This document shows positions 39,009 through 48,866 of a stretch of DNA of 64,000 bases, piece by piece; position 1 is the stretch's first letter, and each line of letters opens with the position of its first letter. The notes beneath the pieces were generated by a model that was not told the DNA's origin, searched no databases, and was given only the letters and a program-made list of their open reading frames with translations. Origin of the DNA: a bacterium (GTDB taxonomy: Bacteria; Electryoneota; Electryoneia; Electryoneales; Electryoneaceae). The translations under genes were made by a program, and so were the position numbers. Location of the stretch: NCBI GenBank assembly GCA_963675295.2, contig CAXXKJ010000002.1, positions 1,792,001-1,856,000 of the forward strand. Direction: 5' to 3'.

Positions 39009-39410
39009 ATGATGAAGAAGATCAGCCACATTGGCATTGCAGTGCAGAATCTTGATGAGAATGTCCATCTGTACCGGGATGTGCTCGGGATGGAATTCCT
39101 CGGCACAGAGGAAGTCGAGGAACAGAAAGTGAAGGTCGCGATGTTCAAGATCGGCGAATCGCGCATCGAGTTGCTTGAACCGACCGCGGACGATTCCCCT
39201 ATCGCCAAATTCCTCGCCAGCCGTGGCCAGGGCATGCACCACATCTGCTACGAAGTTGACGATGTGGACGATTCGTTGCAGCAGGTCGCGGACAGCGGCG
39301 TCATGTTGATCGACAAGGAAAGCCGCCGCGGCGCGGGCAACGCCAAGGTTGGTTTCCTGCACCCGAAGAGTACCGGCGGCGTGCTGGTCGAGTTGAATTC
39401 GCAGGATTGA
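39009..39410 (+). CDS. mce: Methylmalonyl-CoA epimerase
   Basis: HIGIAV, IELLEP, GMHHICYEV, FLHPKSTGGVLVEL. Confidence 0.93.
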   Translation: MMKKISHIGIAVQNLDENVHLYRDVLGMEFLGTEEVEEQKVKVAMFKIGESRIELLEPTADDSPIAKFLASRGQGMHHICYEVDDVDDSLQQVADSGVMLIDKESRRGAGNAKVGFLHPKSTGGVLVELNSQD

Positions 39411-39474
39411 GTGACACCATGCTGCGAACTGGAAACACGAAAGACCTTACCATCAACGATACAGGGAGTGAACC

Positions 39475-40671
39475 ATGGGGGAAGTGAATCCGAAGTGGGG
39501 CATTGCGACCAAGGCGATCCACGGGTTTGGTGCGTCCGATGAACGAACCGGCGCGGTGAGTGTGCCGATTTACCAGACGTCCACGTTTTCGTTCAAGAAC
39601 GCGCAGCACGGCGCGGACCTGTTCCAGGGCGAAGCTGAAGGCTACATCTATTCGCGCCTCTCGAATCCCACGGTTGACACGTTCCAGAAGGAAATCGCCT
39701 GCCTCGAGGGCGGAGAAGCGGGCAAAGGGTTCGCGTCTGGCATGGCCGCCACCTTCAACGCGATCATGACCGAGTGCCGCTCGGGCGACAGCTACATCAG
39801 CAGCCAGACGGTCTACGGCGGTACGCACGCGCTCAACGCGCACGTCATTCCGCGTTTCGGCGTCACCGCACACGAAGTCGACGCGACCGACCTGAACGTC
39901 GTCGAAGACACGATCAAGAAGGCGAAGAACTGCAAGCTGTTGATGTTCGAGACCCCGGCGAATCCGAATCTCGCCGTGCTTGACATTGAAGCGCTGGTCA
40001 ATCTCGGGCATCAGTACGGGCTGACAGTGATGGTCGACAACACGTTCGCGACGCCGATCCTGCAGCGTCCGATGGAATACGGCGCGGACATCGTGATGCA
40101 CTCCGCGACGAAGTACATCAGCGGTCACGGTGATGTGGTCGCCGGCTGCCTCGTCTCGAGTCAGGAATTCATCGACCGGATGATGGAAGATGTCTTCATC
40201 GATACCGGCGGCTGCATGGCGCCGTTCTCCGCGTGGCTGCTGCTGCGTGGCCTGAAGACCATCCCGGTTCGAATGCGGGCGCACTGCGAAAATGCTACTC
40301 GCGTCGCGAAATTCCTCGCCTTCCATCCGAAAATCGAAACCGTCTCCTACCCCGGCCTTGCCTCCCATCCCCAGCATGACATTGCGAAGAAGCAGATGAG
40401 CGCGTTCGGCGGGATGGTCACGTTCACCATCGCCGGTGGCTTCGAGGAAGGCAAGAAGCTGATGGACGCGGTCAAGCTGGCGAAGGTCGCAGTCAGCCTC
40501 GGCGACTGTGACACGTTGATCTGCCACCCGGCATCGACCACGCACTCGACCTACAGCCCGGAACAACGGGACGAAGCCGGTGTGTACGACAACCTGATCC
40601 GCATCAGCGTCGGCATCGAAGACATCGCCGACATCCTCGACGACCTGAACCAGGCGCTGCGGGTGTTGTAA
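39475..40671 (+). CDS. Methionine gamma-lyase / trans-sulfuration PLP enzyme
   Basis: PIYQTSTF, YSRLSNPT, SATKYISGHGD, AVSLG, HPASTTHS. Confidence 0.88.
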   Translation: MGEVNPKWGIATKAIHGFGASDERTGAVSVPIYQTSTFSFKNAQHGADLFQGEAEGYIYSRLSNPTVDTFQKEIACLEGGEAGKGFASGMAATFNAIMTECRSGDSYISSQTVYGGTHALNAHVIPRFGVTAHEVDATDLNVVEDTIKKAKNCKLLMFETPANPNLAVLDIEALVNLGHQYGLTVMVDNTFATPILQRPMEYGADIVMHSATKYISGHGDVVAGCLVSSQEFIDRMMEDVFIDTGGCMAPFSAWLLLRGLKTIPVRMRAHCENATRVAKFLAFHPKIETVSYPGLASHPQHDIAKKQMSAFGGMVTFTIAGGFEEGKKLMDAVKLAKVAVSLGDCDTLICHPASTTHSTYSPEQRDEAGVYDNLIRISVGIEDIADILDDLNQALRVL

Positions 40672-40948
40672 CTGGTGTGGAGAGTAGTGAAGTGTCTTTT
40701 GGATAGTTTGGATTAGTGGACACAGGCACGGTGATTTTATGCCGTGCCTGCTTCTTTTGTAACAAGTACATAGCGATTTGCCTCTCTTAACAATCCTGAA
40801 TGTGAATAGAAATTGTTAGTTTGAGCTTGACATTCCCGAAATGGGGGGGGGTAGGTTACACGTCGAGCGTCTCCGGATTTGTGTCCACGGCGCCAGACGC
40901 AATCAGGCGAGACGTACCAATCTGCTGTAACTTGCTTAAGGGGGAAGT

Positions 40949-41377
40949 ATGAAGACGCGACTTGCAGTTCTCTGTGGTACGATCGCGATTTTGTTAGTGG
41001 CGATTTCTTTGTCCGCAATCGGGAGCGAGTACCCGTCCGCAACTTTGCCATTTGAAGTTGTTGTGGATCTCGATTTCTATGAGTCGTCCGATTGGGAGTA
41101 CATCCCGCAGTTCGGTGGATATGCAATCTTCGATTGTGCTTTCAATGTCGGCCCGACGGACAACGGCGAATGGACTCGTGTTCGCGCTGAAATCACCACA
41201 AACAATCATGATTTTAATATTGTTCAGTACAGCTACAACACGCCCTACTTTTGGGATTTCAACGATAGCGGTACTGTTCATGGCTATGCTACCTTGACAT
41301 GGGATGATATGTCAGGAGGGGCAACGTTCGGGGGTGCCCGTTTGGAATTGGATGCTTCACTTCATCCAGGTGAGTAA
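40949..41377 (+). CDS. Small secreted hypothetical protein
   Basis: Signal peptide MKTRLAVLCGTIAILLVAISLSA; beta-rich mature part. Confidence 0.65.
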   Translation: MKTRLAVLCGTIAILLVAISLSAIGSEYPSATLPFEVVVDLDFYESSDWEYIPQFGGYAIFDCAFNVGPTDNGEWTRVRAEITTNNHDFNIVQYSYNTPYFWDFNDSGTVHGYATLTWDDMSGGATFGGARLELDASLHPGE

Positions 41378-41384
41378 CATTGAT

Positions 41385-41412
41385 GGACGGTGGCCAATAT
41401 TGGCCACCGTCC
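41385..41412. other. Perfect 28-bp palindrome between two co-oriented genes
   Basis: ggacggtggccaat-attggccaccgtcc. Confidence 0.75.
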
Positions 41413-41433
41413 TTGCTATAAAGGTGAGCGATT

Positions 41434-43800
41434 ATGAACAGACTAACAACCATGATGATTATGCTGCTAGGTTGTGCTGTATCTGCAGGCGCTGATCTAG
41501 TATCTGCTCCTCATGGACAGCTAACTGCAGCTGCGGTGGTGGCAGACTCCTCAGGTAACAAGATCTTGTTTTGTTCGCCAGGAAATGGTTATTGGATGAC
41601 GCTGGATAGAGGACAATCGTGGGAACATATTAATGATAAGATAATCAACTCAGAGCTACTGTACAGTGGAGCGCATGGATATGCAGTTTCCATCGATCCA
41701 GCTGCGGATACACTAATTATCAATGCACAACAGGTGTCGCCAAATTTACCGTTACGTGAATTTCATAGCTATGATGGAGGTGAAACCTGGTCCAGCTATA
41801 ATATTGATGTTTTTTGGCCAGACTCATTACTACTAATTCATGGCTGGGGTGATTATATAGGAATAACAAGGTCTGAGCCATCAAGAACATTTTATTCTAA
41901 AACATCAGGATTTGGAATTAGTTATGGTGGTGATGTATGGAATATAATCGATATAAGTAACTATAGTCAAGGTATTGAGGGAATGTATCACCGACAAACT
42001 GATGTAGATACGATTTATTTATATGGAACGTTTGGTAAAAATGGTAATAATCAAGGAGGAATTCTGGTATCCTATGATGGGGGTATAAGTTGGGGACGTT
42101 TGGTTCCAATGCAAGATCTTGTTCCCGGACATGGAGGAATACATGGTCTAGTAAAAATCGGCCCATCTACCTTAATGGCATTACTTGAATCGTATGAGCT
42201 GGAACAACACCCGGATTTTATTCGATCCGATGATAATGGTGAAACGTGGTACACAGTAGCTGGGGAAGGTTTTCCGGAAACGATGGGTTGGAAAACAGAT
42301 CTCTGCGCAATAGAAGAAGTTCCAGGAAAATTGTTGGTTGGGGGACGAGATTTCATGGGTCTATGGGAATCCGACGATTACGGGGAAACCTGGAATCGAG
42401 TGCTTAGAGGTCTTCCAATTAATGGTATGCCAGTATTTCGTATCTATAGAAATGAATATAGCGGCCATCTTTATGTCTGTCTTCAGGGACAGGGGGTGTA
42501 TCAATCCACAGATTTGGGTATGTCGTGGCAGTTGATCCCTGGACCACCCTGCGGTGTCGTAGGTAATGATTGGCAGGGAACATTGGCCTTTACGGGTGGG
42601 GTGATGCGTTCTTCAGAATCGGGTGAACTCTGGGTGGCGCGCGGAACATCCACCACATTTGAACCCTTGGATACCCCAGTTTTCGAGGATTCTCATTGTT
42701 ACGTCCAAACATGTAGCTATGAGAACGATGATATTATTTATTCCCACAAAAGAGGTCTATTCTGGGAAAATGGAAATGGAGAACGAGAACAACGGCTGCA
42801 AATTCGTGTTCAGGCACAATCTGGTGAAGATCGTGAGATTACACCAGAATTAGTATCAATAACCGTTCCAGCGCATGTAATAATGAAGGATAATGGAGAA
42901 GATACTTTATATATAGCAACTAATGTAGTCCAAGATAGGATCTATACATATAATAGTGGTTCAATTGAATGGATAGAAAAGGAATTAGGTTTTATCGGAT
43001 ATTATATATTGGAACATGATAATAAATTATATTCTTATGCCGATACAGGAAGTGAATGGAAAATAGCAGTGAGCAGCAACTATGGTGATGATTGGCAATA
43101 TATGGAATTACCAGTACCACTTAACAATGGTTTTCAGGATATACAGGCAAAAATGTTGTTTGATACGAATGATATTTACGTCAGAATTGAAGAAAATGTA
43201 TGGGTGTATGACGGTGAATATTGGGAACAACGTGGTCAGATTGCCGGGGATATTAGTTCTGTAGTTCGATTGAACTGGGAGATAATAAATTTGGAAAACA
43301 ACATAATTCTCTTTGCTGGTACGGTTTTAAGCAGGAATCTATGGGTCTCTTATGATGCCGGATGGACATGGGAATCCCAGGCCATTGAACTACCTGATCC
43401 GTTTCTTGCGGAGACCACATGGCAATTGGAATACGACCCGTGGCGTGACCGGTTGTGGTTGGATACGGGTGTCGGGCTGGCGTATCTGGACGATCCGACC
43501 TCCTCGGTGGGGGAGGACGTGTGGGTGTTTCAGCCCGCGAACTATGTCACCCTGGACGCCTACCCGAACCCGTTCAACGCGTCGACGACAGTCCGGTACA
43601 CGGTAACCCGTCCCGGCGACGTCAAGGTGACCGTGTTCGACCTGCTCGGCCGGCGGGTGGCGGAGTTGTACGACGGCGTCGCGCGTCCGGGTGAACACAC
43701 CGTCTCGTTCGATGGGTCCGGGTTGTCGTCCGGGACCTATTTCCTGCACCTCGACACGCCGGAGCGGACGCTCAATCGTAAGCTGACTCTTGTCAAGTAA
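41434..43800 (+). CDS. BNR-repeat protein with T9SS C-terminal sorting domain
   Basis: Signal peptide, SYDGGETW/SDDNGETW repeats, AYPNPFN...LSSGTYF..KLTLVK. Confidence 0.88.
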   Translation: MNRLTTMMIMLLGCAVSAGADLVSAPHGQLTAAAVVADSSGNKILFCSPGNGYWMTLDRGQSWEHINDKIINSELLYSGAHGYAVSIDPAADTLIINAQQVSPNLPLREFHSYDGGETWSSYNIDVFWPDSLLLIHGWGDYIGITRSEPSRTFYSKTSGFGISYGGDVWNIIDISNYSQGIEGMYHRQTDVDTIYLYGTFGKNGNNQGGILVSYDGGISWGRLVPMQDLVPGHGGIHGLVKIGPSTLMALLESYELEQHPDFIRSDDNGETWYTVAGEGFPETMGWKTDLCAIEEVPGKLLVGGRDFMGLWESDDYGETWNRVLRGLPINGMPVFRIYRNEYSGHLYVCLQGQGVYQSTDLGMSWQLIPGPPCGVVGNDWQGTLAFTGGVMRSSESGELWVARGTSTTFEPLDTPVFEDSHCYVQTCSYENDDIIYSHKRGLFWENGNGEREQRLQIRVQAQSGEDREITPELVSITVPAHVIMKDNGEDTLYIATNVVQDRIYTYNSGSIEWIEKELGFIGYYILEHDNKLYSYADTGSEWKIAVSSNYGDDWQYMELPVPLNNGFQDIQAKMLFDTNDIYVRIEENVWVYDGEYWEQRGQIAGDISSVVRLNWEIINLENNIILFAGTVLSRNLWVSYDAGWTWESQAIELPDPFLAETTWQLEYDPWRDRLWLDTGVGLAYLDDPTSSVGEDVWVFQPANYVTLDAYPNPFNASTTVRYTVTRPGDVKVTVFDLLGRRVAELYDGVARPGEHTVSFDGSGLSSGTYFLHLDTPERTLNRKLTLVK

Positions 43801-43886
43801 AAGACAGGAAAAAGACAGGTACAACACTTTCCAAACTTTCCATAGCCCGCGATTCGCGACTCCAACTCGCAGATCATTTGGAACCC

Positions 43887-43925
43887 AGATCCTTCATCCG
43901 ATACGGCCGGATTCAGGATGACACC
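43887..43925. repeat. Family C half element
   Basis: agatccttcatccgatacggccggattcaggatgacac. Confidence 0.75.
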
Positions 43926-44025
43926 CTTTCCAGTAGCCTACAGCCATAGAACGCAGCCCGTCACGCCTCCACCCGAGCAGGCTCTCAAGGTACCTGTTGC
44001 ACCACGAGTCAATTTGCCTATTTAT

Positions 44026-44040
44026 TAGGAACAATTCCTG
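44026..44040. promoter_or_regulatory. Candidate Fur/PerR-type operator upstream of the fur-family gene
   Basis: TAGGAA-CAA-TTCCTG dyad in AT-rich context. Confidence 0.4.
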
Positions 44041-44184
44041 TTAGCAGTACGTGCAAGGATCGAAACGGGGCGTTGAGCAGTTGGTAGTCTGGGACAGGAA
44101 GTACCAGCTATCAAGCATTTCACTGGCAAGGCGGCGCCCCAACGGACGGTACATGAACGAGAAACCGAGGTCAGGCAGAACTCG

Positions 44185-44610
44185 ATGGCGCAGCAGTCCT
44201 TACAGAAAACGCAGCATCCGGAGGCGACTCCGCACCGGATGACCTCACAACGGCGGGCGGTGCTCGAGGTGTTGAACGACACTCTCGACCATCCGACGGC
44301 GGACGAGGTGTATCTGCGCGTGCGGGACAAATTGCCGCGTGTCAGCCTGGCGACGGTGTACCGCAACCTGGATGTGCTGGCGGAACTGGGACAGGTCAAG
44401 GTGATTGAATTCCCGGGCCGTCCGCGCCGGTATGACGCGATGACCGATCCGCATTACCACATCGTGTGTGTTGAGTGTGGCAAGGTGGAGGACGTGCATC
44501 TCAGCCAGTTACCCGACCTTGGCGCGATGGTGGCAAAGACCGGCGCGTACGAGGTACTGGCAGCACGGTTGGAGTTCGAGGGCCGGTGCTCCGAGTGCCG
44601 CAAGAGTTGA
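44185..44610 (+). CDS. Fur-family regulator, PerR-like
   Basis: HPTADEVY, SLATVYRNL, RYD..HYHIVCVECGKVED, CSEC. Confidence 0.9.
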   Translation: MAQQSLQKTQHPEATPHRMTSQRRAVLEVLNDTLDHPTADEVYLRVRDKLPRVSLATVYRNLDVLAELGQVKVIEFPGRPRRYDAMTDPHYHIVCVECGKVEDVHLSQLPDLGAMVAKTGAYEVLAARLEFEGRCSECRKS

Positions 44611-44804
44611 AAGTTAGTTTGAATAGTTGACCGGCGAACTTAAGATCATACGGTCGATGATTGTTCTTTGACAGGCGTGTGAGTGCGAACGATGGTGCTT
44701 TGCGTGGAATTGGTACAGACAATCTCCTGAGAAAGTTTGCAATTTCACAATCTCTCGTTCTACATTGGCGTGTCGGAATGTTGATCCGTAGGAATATGAA
44801 CGGG

Positions 44805-44818
44805 TTAGGCGTTCCTAA
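44805..44818. promoter_or_regulatory. Candidate DtxR/MntR-family operator TTAGG-N4-CCTAA
   Basis: TTAGGCGTTCCTAA upstream of the ferritin-like gene; near-identical site at 48867-48880. Confidence 0.5.
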
Positions 44819-44930
44819 GGGGGAATCCTGCCGCAAGTTGTTCATTTTGCTTCATGGACACGATTCCCGCACCGCAATGTAGACAGATCCATGTGGACGA
44901 CAGGATATACACCGAACGAGAGAGGGCATC

Positions 44931-45371
44931 ATGACGCAGAAAGAAGCGCAGGAAAAGCTCATTGAGAACATGAAGAAGTGGCAGAAGGTCGAGAACGGTG
45001 CGATCGCGATCTGCAGCCGGATGTTGGAGAAGACCGACCACCCGATTCTGCGGATGGTGATGGAGACGATCATCCGTGACTCCCAGAACCACTACAATGT
45101 TCAGGGCCTGATCGTGGACAGCATGACGGCGAAGCCGATGACGCTATCGCCTGAAGATGTCAAGGCGATCTGGGAAGAAGTTGAAAAGCACAATGAGCTG
45201 GAGAAAGAGACCGTTCGACTGGCAAAAGAAGCGATCGAGGTCTTGAAAAAGTCGAAGTATCTCTCTGCTCAGAACTATCTGCTTGAGTATTTGCTGGCGG
45301 ATGAAGAGAAGCATGTGATGCTGCTCGATAACCTTGAGAAGGTGAAGGATAGCCTGTATCCGTACAACTGA
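44931..45371 (+). CDS. Ferritin-like four-helix protein
   Basis: E..DSxxH and E..DEEKH diiron-type motifs. Confidence 0.7.
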   Translation: MTQKEAQEKLIENMKKWQKVENGAIAICSRMLEKTDHPILRMVMETIIRDSQNHYNVQGLIVDSMTAKPMTLSPEDVKAIWEEVEKHNELEKETVRLAKEAIEVLKKSKYLSAQNYLLEYLLADEEKHVMLLDNLEKVKDSLYPYN

Positions 45372-45398
45372 TCGTCGGATTGCAGTTTCACCGGTCTT

Positions 45399-45426
45399 AA
45401 GGGCAGCGCTTGGCGCTGCCCTTTTT
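45399..45426 (+). terminator. Intrinsic terminator
   Basis: aagggcagcgc-ttg-gcgctgcccttttt. Confidence 0.8.
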
Positions 45427-45546
45427 CAATGCGTCAGTGGAAACACTCACATGGCTGTAGCGTGGCAACAGCAACAAGCAAACGATAACAGCGCGATTGT
45501 TTTGGCAATGGCGCGCGAAGTCACACAGCAACGGAGGAGGTTTACG

Positions 45547-46050
45547 ATGGTCCTGTCAGCCAAGATGCGCGATGCGCTCAACGCTCAGATGACATTCGAG
45601 CTGCAGTCGGCGTACGAATATTTTGCGATGTCGGCGTGGTACAAGGCTCAGAACCTGGAAGGGTTCGCGTCGTTCATGAAGATGCACGGCATCGAAGAGA
45701 TGCAGCATGCGCAGAAGTTCTACGATTACGTGTTTGAGCGCATGTCGGAAGCGGAATTCGGCGCGTTGAAGAAGCCGAAGGCGAAGTATGACTCCGCGCT
45801 GGACGCGATGGAAACCGCGTTCAAGCATGAATTGGCCGTCACCAAGCGGATTCATGACCTGGTCGACCTCGCCGGCAAGGAAAAGGACAAGGCGACGGAA
45901 GCGTTCCTGCAGTGGTTCGTCACCGAGCAGGTGGAAGAAGAAGCGCTGGTCGATGAGTTCGTGCAGCGTCTGAAGCAGGTTGGCGACTTCACGCCGGGTC
46001 TGTTCTTCCTCGACCGTGAAATTGCGGGCCGCGCCCAGTCAGGTCACTAA
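45547..46050 (+). CDS. ftnA: Non-heme ferritin
   Basis: ELQSAYEY, EEMQHA, HELAVT, FLQWFVTEQVEEE; GGAGG RBS. Confidence 0.92.
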   Translation: MVLSAKMRDALNAQMTFELQSAYEYFAMSAWYKAQNLEGFASFMKMHGIEEMQHAQKFYDYVFERMSEAEFGALKKPKAKYDSALDAMETAFKHELAVTKRIHDLVDLAGKEKDKATEAFLQWFVTEQVEEEALVDEFVQRLKQVGDFTPGLFFLDREIAGRAQSGH

Positions 46051-46217
46051 GATTCTCCGATTGATGATTCAGCGGGGTCGGGAGGAATTCCCGTCCCCGT
46101 TTTCGTACGCAGATGGAGAGCGCGTGGTGCACTGACTTTCGTTGCACGACTGGCCTCTGTATCTTGCATTCTCAGACAAAGATTTCGGATCACATCAACG
46201 GCAAAGGGAGCTGGACC

Positions 46218-46727
46218 ATGCCCACCGTGGAAGAAGCCATCCTCACGGCGATTGAATTCGAGAATCGTGTGCGCGACACCTATCGCGGCGCGGAGCAGGC
46301 GGCGAAGGATGATATTGGCAAGCGTGTGTTCAAGCTGCTCGCGGATGAAGAACAAGGCCATATCGATTATCTCAACAGCCGGCTGGAGCTGTGGCGCAAG
46401 GACGGCGTTTTGAAGGTTGAGAAGATGGAATCCATCGTTCCGCCGATGGATGTGATCGAGGAACGGCAGAAGGATCTGCAGAGCCGTCTCGCCGGCGAGG
46501 ATCGCGGCGAAGAGATCAAGATGCTGCAAAAGGCGCATGAGCTGGAGCAGCAGACGAGCGAATTCTACCAGAAGATGGTCAGCGAGATGGATTCCGAAGC
46601 GCAGAAGATGTTCGAGCGCTTTGTCGAGATCGAGGAAGGTCATGTCGCGGTCGTGCGTGCCGAAATTGACGCTCTGTCGGGCTCGGGCTACTTCTTCGAT
46701 TTCGCTGAATTCAACATGGAAGGCTGA
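46218..46727 (+). CDS. Rubrerythrin-like (erythrin) ferritin-family protein
   Basis: AIEFE, LADEEQGH, IEEGH; no rubredoxin CxxC. Confidence 0.8.
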   Translation: MPTVEEAILTAIEFENRVRDTYRGAEQAAKDDIGKRVFKLLADEEQGHIDYLNSRLELWRKDGVLKVEKMESIVPPMDVIEERQKDLQSRLAGEDRGEEIKMLQKAHELEQQTSEFYQKMVSEMDSEAQKMFERFVEIEEGHVAVVRAEIDALSGSGYFFDFAEFNMEG

Positions 46728-46764
46728 GCGAATCAGCCAGTGACTCGAACCCGGGAGTGTTTCG

Positions 46765-47277
46765 ATGGATCCCGTGCTGCAGAAGATCACGGACGGCCTG
46801 CGGAAGGCCATCGAGTTCGAAGGGGACGGCCACAATTTCTACATGATGGCCGCCGGCAACACGCAGGATGACAAGGGCAAGGAAGTGCTGTCAATGCTGG
46901 CGCGCGAGGAGCTGCAGCATGTCAAGTTCCTCCGTCACCAGTACAAGCATTTCATGGATACCGGGCGTCCCGACATGACGCTTAAGCTGCCGCATCACGA
47001 CGTGCTCAAGGGCGACCACCCGATCTTCTCGCCAAGTTTGAAGGAACGGGTGCATCAGGCGCACATGGAAATGAGCGCGCTGGCGATCGGGATTCAACTC
47101 GAACTCAGTTCGCAGCAATATTACCGTTCCCAGTCGGAAGAACACGACGGCAGCCGGGTTGGTGAATTCTATGCCGACCTCGCGGCGTGGGAGAAGGAAC
47201 ACTACGACGCGCTGTTACGTCAGCAGCAGAACCTGAAGGAAGACTACTGGTCGCAGGGCGGGTTTGCACCGTTTTGA
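46765..47277 (+). CDS. Rubrerythrin-like (erythrin) ferritin-family protein
   Basis: AIEFE..FY, LAREELQH, LAAWEKEH, C-terminal W..GFAPF. Confidence 0.8.
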   Translation: MDPVLQKITDGLRKAIEFEGDGHNFYMMAAGNTQDDKGKEVLSMLAREELQHVKFLRHQYKHFMDTGRPDMTLKLPHHDVLKGDHPIFSPSLKERVHQAHMEMSALAIGIQLELSSQQYYRSQSEEHDGSRVGEFYADLAAWEKEHYDALLRQQQNLKEDYWSQGGFAPF

Positions 47278-47351
47278 TTGATGACGCTGGCAATGGTCCA
47301 GCGATCAGCCTTGTTGCGGGTTTTCATCACCGATAGAGAATATGGTTATCG

Positions 47352-47630
47352 ATTACCACGGACTTAAGTCCGTGGTAATTTTGTTTTTACCTTCTCTGCC
47401 TGAGCCCTGAGCCCTGAGCCCTGAGCCCTGAGCCCTGAGCCCTGAGCCCTGAGCCCTGAGCCCTGAGCCCTGAGCCCTGAGCCCTGAGCCCGACGAAGCG
47501 GCCGCGTCTGTGCATCTCTAAACATGGCCACGTTCTTGCGGATCCGATGAGAAGGGGACAGCCGGCTTTGCTCGACTGTCCCCAAAGTTTTTTCTCAAGA
47601 CTCAAGACTCAGGACTCAGGACTCAGGACT
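47352..47630. repeat. Composite repeat block: family B palindrome, (CCTGAGC)x13, family A variant, CTCARGA x5
   Basis: 47352-47379; 47399-47489; 47554-47583; about 47595-47629. Confidence 0.9.
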
Positions 47631-47640
47631 TCTGTTTTAC

Positions 47641-48183
47641 TCCAGTGCGGTTGATGCCCCGAAGCTTGCTTCGGCCAGCTGCAGTTGGTTTCTTGTGGAA
47701 TGTCTGAGCTGATCCGAAAACAACACAACGTATCGATATTGCTATACCATCTTGTATGTGTAGCGAAATACCGTCGTGTTGTATTTGATGAACCTGAGAT
47801 AGATTTAACATTAAAGGATATCTGCTTTGAAATCCAAAAACGTTATGAAATAGAATTTATAGAAATTGGAATAGATAGAGATCATGTGCATTTCTTAGTG
47901 CAATCCGTGCCAACCATGAGTGCTACAAAATTAGTACGAACTATAAAGAGCATAACAGCACGAGAGATGTTTATCCGACAACCCAAAGTTAAAAAGCAGC
48001 TCTGGGGTGGGGAATTTTGGACAAAAGGTTATTATATATCCACCGTAGGTCCGCACGGTGACGAAAATACAATCAGAAAATACGTTATGAACCAAGGTAC
48101 AGAAGCTAACTACCAGCCGCTACATCAAAGTCGACTTGAGCTGTGAGTAGTCGATACCCCGTAGCTTGCTGCGGGGTAGTTTA
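47641..48183 (+). mobile_element. IS200/IS605-family insertion sequence (TnpA only); ends approximate
   Basis: Low-GC tnpA flanked by related subterminal hairpins gatgccccgaagcttgcttcgg and gataccccgtagcttgctgcgggg. Confidence 0.8.
47700..48146 (+). CDS. tnpA: Y1 HUH transposase
   Basis: YHLVCVAKYRR, DHVHFL (HUH), FWTKGYY, IRKYVMNQ. Confidence 0.93.
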   Translation: MSELIRKQHNVSILLYHLVCVAKYRRVVFDEPEIDLTLKDICFEIQKRYEIEFIEIGIDRDHVHFLVQSVPTMSATKLVRTIKSITAREMFIRQPKVKKQLWGGEFWTKGYYISTVGPHGDENTIRKYVMNQGTEANYQPLHQSRLEL

Positions 48184-48777
48184 TTTCGCATTCGCGAAGC
48201 GCTGTGCGACATCATCCCAGTTGACGAGATGGTCCATGAACGCGGCAGTCCAGTCGGGGCGTACATTCTTGTACTTCAGGTAGTACGCGTGTTCCCAGAC
48301 GTCGCAGACCAGCAGCGGAACCATGCCCTGCAGCGTCAGGTCCATGTGGATTTCGCTCCCGACGACGAACAGTTTCTCCAGCGTCTTGTCCCATCCGAGA
48401 ATGCCCCAGCCGCTGCCCATGACAGTATTTGTCGCGGCGAGGAACTGTTTTCTGAATCCATCGAACGAGCCGAAATCCTTGACGATCTGCTCCATCAACT
48501 CACCGACCGGTTCACCGCCGCCATTCGGCTTCATGTTGGTCCAGAAGACGCTGTGCAACGTGTGACCGGATCCGTTGAACGCCAAGGCTTTGGACAGCGC
48601 GTTCGCGGCCGCCATGTCGCCGGCTTCACGCGCGGCGGCGAGTTTGTCGAGCGTCGTGTTCAGCGCGGTGACGTAACCGTTGTGGTGTTTGTCGTGGTGC
48701 AGGGTGACGGTTTCCTTGTCGTACCACGGTTCGAGTGCGTCGTATTCGTAGGGCAGGTCGGGAAGTGTGTAGGCCAT
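48181..48777 (-). CDS. sod: Fe/Mn superoxide dismutase
   Basis: LHHDKHH, GSGW, DVWEHAYY. Confidence 0.96.
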   Translation of the reverse strand: MAYTLPDLPYEYDALEPWYDKETVTLHHDKHHNGYVTALNTTLDKLAAAREAGDMAAANALSKALAFNGSGHTLHSVFWTNMKPNGGGEPVGELMEQIVKDFGSFDGFRKQFLAATNTVMGSGWGILGWDKTLEKLFVVGSEIHMDLTLQGMVPLLVCDVWEHAYYLKYKNVRPDWTAAFMDHLVNWDDVAQRFANAK

Positions 48778-48866
48778 GGTGTCCTCCGATCTTTTGCTTC
48801 AGTATGTGCGCTCTTGCGCGTGTGCGGAGGGGTAAGGAGACGGAACGGGCAGAGTTAGTCAAGTGT

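Noticed and set aside
47364-47605. ORFs with LRAQGSG repeats
   Set aside because: Translation of the (CCTGAGC)x13 array; no RBS or coding signal.
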